Assembly: GCA_037380845.1 (NCBI GenBank)
Contig: JARRRI010000012.1
Location: forward strand, 48,012 to 73,565
Direction of reading: 5' to 3'
Source of the DNA: Candidatus Sulfobium sp.
GTDB taxonomy: Bacteria > Nitrospirota > Thermodesulfovibrionia > Thermodesulfovibrionales > UBA6898
DNA: 25,554 nt
Shown: piece by piece, positions 1 to 7,560 of the stretch
How the letters are laid out: every line of letters starts with the position of its first letter
Numbering within the stretch: position 1 is the first letter of the stretch
The notes under the pieces: model-generated
The model's input: only the letters and a program-made list of their open reading frames with translations
Databases searched by the model: none
What the model was told of the DNA's origin: nothing
Made by a program: the position numbers and the translations under genes

Positions 1-42
1 GACATTTTTGAAAGCGCCCCTCCGATAATTATAGCTTTTAAC

Positions 43-72
43 TTGACAAAAAAGTAAAGCAAAGCTTATAAA
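43..72 (+). promoter_or_regulatory. sigma70-type promoter for the fadL-like gene
   Basis: TTGACA (43-48), 18-nt spacer, TATAAA (67-72); GGAGG RBS at 86-90 ahead of ATG 98. Confidence 0.55.
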
Positions 73-97
73 AAGAGCGGTGCAGGGAGGATATGAA

Positions 98-1375
98 ATG
101 AAAGAAATTCTTCGGTTGGTTGCTGCGGCGGTTTATTTCATGTTGTTTGCAGTAAGTTCCGTATACGGAGCCGGCTTTTCCGTAAATACCCAGGGCGCCA
201 CTCCCCTTGGTCAGGGAAACGCTGTTATTGCACACACGAACGACCCTTCTTCGGTATTTTTCAACCCGGCACTCATCAACAATCTTCCGGGAACGCAGCT
301 GGAGGCAGGTACCTCTCTTCTTATACCGAGCAATGAATTTGTAAGTTCTTTTTCGGGGAAGAGTTTCGAGACGGAGAGGGATGTCTTTTTACCGTCGGTA
401 TTCTACGCGACCCATCATCTCTCCGACAGGTTTTCCATCGGATTCGGCTTCTTCAGCAACTTCGGCCTTGCCAACAAATGGCCTGATGACTGGGAAGGAA
501 GATACATAGCTACCAAGTCGGAACTTAAGACCTATACGCTCAATCCCGTTATTTCTTATCGGCTGACACCCAATATAACCGTGGCTGCGGGGGTTCCACT
601 TGTATTCCTGAACGCGGAGCTCAATAAAATGGTGAACCTGAGTTCTCTCGGTCTGCCCGATGTCAGGCAGACACTCAAAGGCGACGCTTTCTCCGCGGGG
701 TTCAATGCCGGCCTCCTCATCGATGTCACCAAAGACATCTCGGTCGGACTGGCGTACAGGTCAATAATAAGGATGGGCATGACCGGGGACATCACGTACG
801 GTTTTCCATCCGGGACTCCGGCTGTCGTAACCTCCCTGTTTCCCGACACCGGCGCTCATACAACGCTGAAACTTCCTGCCATGGCAAACTTCGGCGTCGC
901 ATACAAGGGCCTTCCCCGAACGACCATTGAGGTGGGCGGCAGGTGGGAAGGCTGGTCCTCCTATCAGGAGCTACGTATAGTTACGGACAAGCGGATTGCC
1001 GGATTTCAGGAGATAACGTATCCCAGGAACTGGAAGGACATTTATTCTCTAAACATGGGAGCCCGATATCAGGTGAACGATGCTGTGGCCGTTATGCTGG
1101 GTTACATTTACGAGGGCAACCCGGTGCCTGATGACACACTCGACCCCATCGTGCCGACGGGGACATCCCAGGTGTATTGCATCGGAACGGATATCCGGTT
1201 CAGCAGATTTCTTCTGGGTATTTCATACGCATACCAGAAAGTCGAGGACCGGAACAAGAACAACGCTATCGATGATAACCAGTTTGACGGAATTGTGAAT
1301 CCTGCCACTTCTGCCAACGGCGTCTATAAGGCAGACCTGCATATGGTGGGAGTAAGCGTCACCTACCGGTTCTGA
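98..1375 (+). CDS. OmpP1/FadL/TodX-family outer-membrane transporter for hydrophobic compounds
   Basis: Signal peptide ending VYG|AGF; hatch motifs 'LGQGNAVIA..DPSSVFFNPA' and 'FGLANKWP'; amphipathic beta-strands; C-terminal Phe (VTYRF). Start moved to ATG 98 after GGAGG. Confidence 0.9.
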   Translation: MKEILRLVAAAVYFMLFAVSSVYGAGFSVNTQGATPLGQGNAVIAHTNDPSSVFFNPALINNLPGTQLEAGTSLLIPSNEFVSSFSGKSFETERDVFLPSVFYATHHLSDRFSIGFGFFSNFGLANKWPDDWEGRYIATKSELKTYTLNPVISYRLTPNITVAAGVPLVFLNAELNKMVNLSSLGLPDVRQTLKGDAFSAGFNAGLLIDVTKDISVGLAYRSIIRMGMTGDITYGFPSGTPAVVTSLFPDTGAHTTLKLPAMANFGVAYKGLPRTTIEVGGRWEGWSSYQELRIVTDKRIAGFQEITYPRNWKDIYSLNMGARYQVNDAVAVMLGYIYEGNPVPDDTLDPIVPTGTSQVYCIGTDIRFSRFLLGISYAYQKVEDRNKNNAIDDNQFDGIVNPATSANGVYKADLHMVGVSVTYRF

Positions 1376-1400
1376 GAATTCCACTTTTTGCCGCCGGTAA

Positions 1401-3620
1401 CTACTCCCTACGGCCTCCTCCGGAACTGGACATCGACATCACCCATTGCTCAAACTTATCGCTCGGAAGAGGCCTGCTGATCAGATATCCCTGCATATCA
1501 TCACATCCGCTGGAACGTAAAAATGTCAGCTGGTCGTCCGTTTCGACACCTTCGGCGACTACCTCCATATTCATTTTATGTGCTACTTCAATCATTGCGT
1601 TGACGATGGCCTGGTATGCATGGTCTTCTTTCAGTTCTCGTATGAAAGAACTGTCGATCTTGAGTTTTCTAACGGGTAACCTCTTGAGGAGGCTCAAACA
1701 GGAAAATGCCGAGCCGAAGTCGTCCAGGCAGACGCAGATGCCGATATCGGCCAGTTTCCTGAGGGTGGCAACGGTGGATTCGACATTGTTCATTAGAGCG
1801 CTTTCGGCAATATCAACTTCCAGCAGTTTGGGGTCCAAACCCGTCTCATTCAATATCTGTGATATCATTTTTGCGAGATTCCGGTGCTGAAACTGCCGGG
1901 CGGAGAGATTTACGGTAACACAAAGAGGTACATGTCCTGCCATCCGCCATGCCGCGGCTTGTGCACAGGCCTTACGTAATACCCACTCATCAATCGAAGT
2001 AATGGTTCCCGTTTCCGCAGCCAACGGCAGAAATTGTGCGGGATTGAGCAACCCCAGCTCCGGGTGTTGCCACCGTACCAGTGCCTCAGCGCAGCGAATA
2101 TGCCGGGTGCCTATATTCAGCTGCGGCTGGTAATGAAGGACGAGTTCACTGTGTTCCATCATCTTGCGGAAGTTGTTTTCAATCAACGTCTTCTCTAGAG
2201 TCCTGAGGTTCATAGTGGAGCTGTAGAACTGATAGTTGTTTCCTCCCTGTCCTTTTGCCTGATACATTGCGATATCGGCATTTTTGAGTAGCGCGTCAGC
2301 GTCCTGGCCGTCTTCCGGATAGACGCTGATGCCGATACTTGCGGTAACAGGGAGCTCTTCCTCTTCAATACTGAAGGGGTCTGCGAAAAGCGAGATGATC
2401 TTCTTCGCGATCGAGGCAGCGTCCTCCGCAGCGGCAATGTCCGGCAGCACCAGATTGAATTCATCCCCCCCGATGCGGGCCATGGTATCGCTTTCACGAA
2501 TACAAGTCTTGAGCCTCCCGGCGACTTCGTTGAGCAACTTGTCGCCTGTCGAATGTCCAAGTGTATCGTTTATATTCTTGAAGTCGTCCAGATCCAGAAA
2601 CATTACTGCGAGCATCTTCCGGTTACGTCGTGCCTCCGCGATTTCAATATTGAGACGGTCCATAAAGAGCATTCTGTTCGGCAAACCGGTAAGTGCATCA
2701 TGCAATGCCTGAAACCTCAGCGCCTCTTCAGCTCTTTTGTGTTCAGTAATATCCTGAAGTGCTATATTAACTCCGATAAGCCCGCCGGCGTCATCCCGGG
2801 CGGGCGAAAAGTATGCCAGCCAATCCCGCTCGATATCAGGCTCGGCGAGGGTCCCGCAGCGGATTTCAAGTCCTTCCACCGACTCTCCGGTTTCAATGAC
2901 ATGCAGCAGAAATTTTTCCAGCCAGTCCGCCAGTATGGGTACAGCCCCACCAATTTTCCGCCCGATATGCTCTTCAACGGGCAGACCGTTCATGGCTGCA
3001 AATTGTTCGTTGACACTTATGTATCGTAATCCTGTGTCCACGAAGCATAAACCGATCGGAACTTTCGCATAGATTGTCTGGATTGCCGCCAAACGGGCGC
3101 GAGTCTGTTCTTCAGCTTTGCCAGCCGCCTCATCTCCGGCACGGTCCGGGGCTTCGCCGTGTCTCCCGTCAGTGCCATGCAAAATCTCTTCAGTTTGCCT
3201 GCCCCCGGTAACATCGCGGACGACAGAGGAAAAACCGATGACTATTTCGTCGACGTTCCTGACAGGGCACAAGTCGAAGCACACTCTGACCGGTCTGCCG
3301 TCTCTCCTCATCGCGATGGTTTCATGATGCTCTATGCGCTGACTCCTGGCAATCTTCGAAAGTAAGCCGGGCACCTCATCCCGACGGCCGGGAGTAATAA
3401 GGAAGGTGAGCGGGCGGCCGAGAATATCCTCCTTCGGGTAACCGAACATTTTTCCGGCGGCCGGATTCCAGTCTGTAATGGTCCCGTCCAGCGCACAACC
3501 AATTACCGCGTCATCCAAAGCTGTTACGACCGCTTCAAGCCTGGCTTTGGCCTCCTCCGCCTGCCTGCATCTTGATTTTAAAGCTTCATAATCCTTGAGC
3601 TGCTGTAATCGGGTTTTCAC
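1401..3620 (-). CDS. PAS-PAS-GGDEF-EAL diguanylate cyclase/phosphodiesterase
   Basis: Two PAS/PAC domains (DGTITDWNPAAGKMFGY; YISVNEQFAAMNG), HDALTGLPNR, RESD I-site, GGDEF, EALVRW, DDFG, KID, VAEGVE, QGY. Start uncertain: GTG 3620 (VKTRLQQ) preferred over ATG 3713. Confidence 0.92.
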   Translation of the reverse strand: MKTRLQQLKDYEALKSRCRQAEEAKARLEAVVTALDDAVIGCALDGTITDWNPAAGKMFGYPKEDILGRPLTFLITPGRRDEVPGLLSKIARSQRIEHHETIAMRRDGRPVRVCFDLCPVRNVDEIVIGFSSVVRDVTGGRQTEEILHGTDGRHGEAPDRAGDEAAGKAEEQTRARLAAIQTIYAKVPIGLCFVDTGLRYISVNEQFAAMNGLPVEEHIGRKIGGAVPILADWLEKFLLHVIETGESVEGLEIRCGTLAEPDIERDWLAYFSPARDDAGGLIGVNIALQDITEHKRAEEALRFQALHDALTGLPNRMLFMDRLNIEIAEARRNRKMLAVMFLDLDDFKNINDTLGHSTGDKLLNEVAGRLKTCIRESDTMARIGGDEFNLVLPDIAAAEDAASIAKKIISLFADPFSIEEEELPVTASIGISVYPEDGQDADALLKNADIAMYQAKGQGGNNYQFYSSTMNLRTLEKTLIENNFRKMMEHSELVLHYQPQLNIGTRHIRCAEALVRWQHPELGLLNPAQFLPLAAETGTITSIDEWVLRKACAQAAAWRMAGHVPLCVTVNLSARQFQHRNLAKMISQILNETGLDPKLLEVDIAESALMNNVESTVATLRKLADIGICVCLDDFGSAFSCLSLLKRLPVRKLKIDSSFIRELKEDHAYQAIVNAMIEVAHKMNMEVVAEGVETDDQLTFLRSSGCDDMQGYLISRPLPSDKFEQWVMSMSSSGGGRRE

Positions 3621-4269
3621 GGGCTGTTCTTGAAAAATGAAGTCATACGTTTCCTGGTATTTGCTGTGGCGGCGATAACAGATCGATGGTGGCCGGCAGA
3701 AGGGCATCTGCATAGGCGCAGTCCGGTCCCTGGCGTAACCCTGTCTTCCGTAAGAGACTGTGCACCGGTTACTTCCGCAATAAATATGATTGCCCCCGGC
3801 TCAAAAAATATTGCCCCCAAGGTGTTTCCCCCACCATAGAAACGATATTACCATATTCGGCCGTGGTTGAAAAGAAAATAATCCGTGATTGTATACTTGG
3901 CGGGGGCCACCTGTAACTGAATATAAGGGTTTTTAGCTTCTTGATATCGGATTCTGCAGTCTGGGGTGTCTGTGAAGGAGGGAGACAGCTCCCGCCGGGC
4001 ATCGCTCTGTGGAAAGGGCAGAGCTTCAGAAAAACGGCGGATTGAGAAACCCGACCGGTTTCCATTATTGATGTAAGGATGAGAAATCTGATAAATTTCT
4101 AAATGCGGAGCGGCAGCCGAAAGGCTTATTGTGAACATGCCCGTTATCTCCCGACAAAGAAGGCCGTAATGCTCCGGCCGAGAGTGGACGGTGATTGCCG
4201 GCGATATGATCCGTCTGTCCTTGTCACCATTGTCCGGGAGTGGCAGGGATCGTCGAAGGTTATGATGAG

Positions 4270-5180
4270 ATGGAATCTTATGACGTTATAATACGTGCGC
4301 GGGGGGGCTGAGACTGCCCGAAGGCTTTTTGACATTGCCCAACCAGATGACTTCGACATTCAAGAGACATCATTTTATCCTGAATGGAAAGGAATATGCC
4401 ATAGTTCTGAAGCATCCGCTGCATATAATAGCCAGACCCGATCTTGGTCGATATCAGATCGATTTAATCGGACGACACAAGAATATCACCATCCACACGG
4501 GAGCGTCCGTAAAGGACATCGATAATAACCGAGTTGTGCTGGAAGGACACAGGAAAATACATTTCAGGTACCTTGTCGGGGCGGACGGTTCATATTCGGT
4601 GGTAAGAAAATACCTGGGGCTCGAAAACAGAATATACAGTGGGGTCCAGTATATCGTTCCCGGGACCCACGATAAAGTGGTCTGGTTTTTTAATCCCGAC
4701 CTGCTCGGCAGCGGATACGGCTGGGTCTTCCCCCATAAGACATTCACCTCTGCGGGCGTTTTCTTTAACCGGGACCTTATCTCCGCAAAAAGGGCCAGAG
4801 GTGCTCTTGATAAACTGCTCCTTGACTACGGTCTGGATTACAGGGCGGCAAGGCTCGAAGCAGCGCCGGTAAACTGCCTCTACAAGGGTGTCAAATTCGG
4901 CAACATTTTTCTGGCCGGCGACGCCGCCGGTCTGGCTTCCGCCTGCACGGGAGAAGGGATTGTTTATGCCCTGACGAGCGGAGAAGATGTGGCCAGGCAT
5001 ATGCTTGATAAAACCTATTCCTTCGAGGGTATCAGAAAAATGATCAGATATAAGAAGAGACAGGAGTTTATCCTCAGCATGTTCGACGGCCTGCCGCGAT
5101 TCCAGACACCCTTATTTAAGATATTCATTTCCTTGCTGAAATGGCAGGCATTCCAGACATTCTACAGCGGCGATTTTTGA
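4270..5180 (+). pseudogene. Geranylgeranyl-reductase-family NAD(P)/FAD oxidoreductase, frameshifted by an N-terminal deletion
   Basis: ATG 4270 reads MESYDVII and stops at 4309-4311. Another frame from 4296 reads CAGGL...LVGADG...GYGWVFP...LAGDAAG...GEGI to the stop at 5180. The GxGxxG FAD-binding segment that should lie between them is absent. Confidence 0.75.
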
Positions 5181-5279
5181 TGGAAAGCCCTGACAAGCTT
5201 TTTTGTTGTGGCTGCTCCTGTCCGGAACTGAAGGTCTCCTGTCTGATCATTGTTGTCCGGGGATATCTAAATACCTTCA

Positions 5280-5308
5280 TTGACATACGTCTGTCAGCCT
5301 GATATATA
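5280..5308 (+). promoter_or_regulatory. sigma70-type promoter upstream of the Met-rich protein unit
   Basis: TTGACA (5280-5285), 17-nt spacer ending TGA, TATATA (5303-5308), giving an extended -10 TGn motif. Confidence 0.5.
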
Positions 5309-5338
5309 TGGAGAAGGACCTGAGCAACATCTGATTGC

Positions 5339-5421
5339 GTAATCCGGCCCCCGGAAGCACAAGGCGGGTGGTCGAGCCCTCGCGGTCTCCGTGAACCGCC
5401 CCCTGCGGGGAACGGGATTAC
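5339..5421 (+). other. Long imperfect stem-loop in the predicted 5' UTR (candidate cis-regulatory RNA or palindromic element)
   Basis: Nested pairings GTAATCC/GGATTAC, CCCCG/CGGGG, GGCGG/CCGCC and an inner hairpin CGCGG-TCT-CCGTG. Confidence 0.4.
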
Positions 5422-5461
5422 AAAACCGGGAAGACCTTATATTTGAAAAGGAGAAAGCGAG

Positions 5462-6127
5462 ATGAAGAAAGCAATTCTGTCTTCCGTGGCAGTTGTCTTT
5501 ACGGCAATGATTATATTTTCGGGACTGAATTTCGGCGAAGGGGCCGAAGCTCCAGCTGACAAGGCGACTGCAAAGGACGGCGAAATGATGGTCGAAACCG
5601 GCCAGGCCATGGTGAAAGAAGGCCGGCTGAGGATCGAAGAAGGAAAGGTGCAGGTAAAAGAGGGGGAGCTGCTGGTGGAGCGCGGGAAGGCCATAAAGGA
5701 AGGCCGCACTGTTGACTCTGCCATGCGGGCGAAGGAGGCAGACCTGCTGCTGAAAAAGGGGCGGTTGCTGGTTGAGAGGGGCGGGATGTTAAGCCAGTCG
5801 GGTCACATGATGAAGGAAGGAAAGGTTTGGTCCGGCGGACCCCCGATGATGGGCAATGATGTCAAGCTCACCAGAGAGATGCTGATGGAGAGAGGGACGT
5901 TCATGGTGAACAGGGGAAAACTGATGGTGGACCGGGGGCGGGAATTGATTGAAAAGGCGCAGACCATGAAAAAAGGTGAGAAGTTGACCGGAAGCGGTGC
6001 GGCGATGCCGGGCAGAGATATGATGGGAAAGCAAGGACAGATGCTGATGGAGAGGGGCGACATACTGAAGAAGGAGGGTGAGATGATGATAAAGAGGGGG
6101 AAGCAGGTGAAGGAAGGAAGTCAATAA
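5462..6127 (+). CDS. Exported methionine-rich protein built from Gly-anchored heptad repeats (hypothetical)
   Basis: AGGAG RBS; MKK plus hydrophobic signal peptide; repeats such as G-EMMVET-G-QAMVKE-G-RLRIEE-G; 23 Met and no Cys in 221 aa. Confidence 0.8.
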   Translation: MKKAILSSVAVVFTAMIIFSGLNFGEGAEAPADKATAKDGEMMVETGQAMVKEGRLRIEEGKVQVKEGELLVERGKAIKEGRTVDSAMRAKEADLLLKKGRLLVERGGMLSQSGHMMKEGKVWSGGPPMMGNDVKLTREMLMERGTFMVNRGKLMVDRGRELIEKAQTMKKGEKLTGSGAAMPGRDMMGKQGQMLMERGDILKKEGEMMIKRGKQVKEGSQ

Positions 6128-6142
6128 GGGAAGGAGGAAGAG

Positions 6143-6460
6143 ATGAGAAGAAGTCTCTGGCTGCTCTTCATCACGGGCCTCTTCCTTGCCTGCAGCGGAT
6201 GCGCGGGTACTGCCGGCTACGGCGTCTACTACAGTTCTCCTTACTACTATGACTACCCTTATTACTACTACGATTACGATTATGGTTATCCTTACGGCTT
6301 TTATCGCCCGTATTACAGGGGTGAAGAACATGAAGAAAACGGGAGACATGAAGGTTTTGAAAGGGGAGAAGGGCGTGAAAGGTTCGAAGGAGGAGAGAGG
6401 CATGAAATGCCGCGGGGGAGAGGAGAGCATGGGGAACACGAGGAACATGAACGGCATTGA
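6143..6460 (+). CDS. Small lipoprotein with a Tyr-rich block and a His/Glu/Arg/Gly-rich tail (hypothetical)
   Basis: AAGGAGG RBS; MRR plus hydrophobic stretch and lipobox-like LAC/SGC; 15 nt downstream of the previous gene. Confidence 0.75.
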   Translation: MRRSLWLLFITGLFLACSGCAGTAGYGVYYSSPYYYDYPYYYYDYDYGYPYGFYRPYYRGEEHEENGRHEGFERGEGRERFEGGERHEMPRGRGEHGEHEEHERH

Positions 6461-6638
6461 CAACTCCCGGGTTCCTGCCTCCTGAACTCTCGAAGACTCC
6501 GGGATTTCGGAAAAAGAAGATTGCCGTGCGCCTCCGGTTGTTTTTCCGCCTGCTTCTGTGGGACTATAGATATAAGACTTCGGTGTGTCCGGCGGATGAC
6601 GATACATCGATACATTGTGAACAGGCTGGAATTTGTAA

Positions 6639-7448
6639 ATGTGTGAGTTCTGCACGAAACACGGAGATGGAGAAATATGGTACAGGAACGCGAAGAACTA
6701 CTCCGGAGACCTCCTTTCGGATCTTAATCGACGGGCCTTTATCAGGGATTTCCTGTCCAGCACGATCAAAGACGGCTTTGAGACCCTCGGCAGGCTGGAA
6801 GTCCTTTACACGAAGAAGGGCCGGCTCCCCGATTCTCTGGTCAGACGAATGAAGGGGAGGGCCAGGGAGGAACATTTCGGGCAGGTCCTTCCGGTCGGGG
6901 AGATCAGAGAACTGGTCCTGAAGGCGGACACCATCGTGCGCATGCCCTGCGCCTGCCGCTGGACGGCGCAGAAAAAGGAAGTCAGGTGCTGCTACGGCGT
7001 GAGCTACGGGCCTGAGGCGTGGTACGAAGAGATTGACATGAGCTATTTCGGCAAGGCCTCTGCAGAAGGTCTGGAATCCGTGGGGCGCGAAGAGGCTGTC
7101 AGGCAGATGGAAGAGATGGATGACCAGGGGGCGGTCCATACCATATGGACGATGATGACGCCTTTCATCGGTGCGGTATGCAACTGTACGGCTCATGACT
7201 GCATGGCGATGAGGACCTTGTCGGGCCTTCGCGTCGAGACGATGGCAAAGGCCGAATATGTCGCGGTCGTGGATGAGGACCTCTGCGAAGGTTGCGGGCT
7301 CTGCGATGAGCGTTGTCAATTCGACGCCGTCAACTCACTCCGGAAAGGAGGCCGCACCATATCCAGGATAGACGCCCAAAAATGCTTCGGGTGCGGGTTA
7401 TGCAGAAATGTCTGCGGTCCCGGGGCCGTTCGGCTTATCAGGAGATAG
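6639..7448 (+). CDS. 4Fe-4S dicluster-domain protein with a Cys-rich N-terminal region
   Basis: C-terminal CEGCGLCDERC and CFGCGLCRNVC; additional N-terminal MCEFCTKH, PCACR, RCCYG and CNCTAHDC motifs. Confidence 0.85.
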   Translation: MCEFCTKHGDGEIWYRNAKNYSGDLLSDLNRRAFIRDFLSSTIKDGFETLGRLEVLYTKKGRLPDSLVRRMKGRAREEHFGQVLPVGEIRELVLKADTIVRMPCACRWTAQKKEVRCCYGVSYGPEAWYEEIDMSYFGKASAEGLESVGREEAVRQMEEMDDQGAVHTIWTMMTPFIGAVCNCTAHDCMAMRTLSGLRVETMAKAEYVAVVDEDLCEGCGLCDERCQFDAVNSLRKGGRTISRIDAQKCFGCGLCRNVCGPGAVRLIRR

Positions 7449-7500
7449 CCGTCCTGTTGAGGCAACCTCTTCAATATCCTTGTTCACCTGACATTCACCA

Positions 7501-7529
7501 TTGAAATAATTCGGCCTTCCGGGTAATAT
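7501..7529 (+). promoter_or_regulatory. Possible sigma70-type promoter for the HD-domain gene
   Basis: TTGAAA-N17-TAATAT; GAGG RBS before ATG 7561. Confidence 0.4.
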
Positions 7530-7560
7530 ACAGCGAGAAAGTTCTCAGGGGCGAGGGGCG

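Noticed and set aside
3630..4291. Several 60-98 aa ORFs in the divergent intergenic region
   Set aside because: They overlap one another and lack motifs or clear RBSs, so none can be supported from sequence alone.
4301..4307. G7 tract as a phase-variation or programmed-frameshift site
   Set aside because: The frame change occurs upstream of the tract (Cys-Ala of CAGGL is already in the downstream frame), and slippage would not restore the missing GxGxxG segment.
5339..5437. Cobalamin riboswitch (AATCCG-GCCCCCG and CGGGAAG fragments)
   Set aside because: It lacks the AGGGAA...GGTG core, the ACTG elements and a proper B12 box; the resemblance is fragmentary.
6215..6315. TAC/TAT-rich stretch as a DNA microsatellite
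   Set aside because: Explained by the Tyr codons of the lipoprotein, with mixed synonymous codons indicating protein-level selection.
5789..7319. Long minus-strand ORFs 5789..6655 and 6564..7319
   Set aside because: They lie antisense to better-supported plus-strand genes and have no motifs or RBS support.
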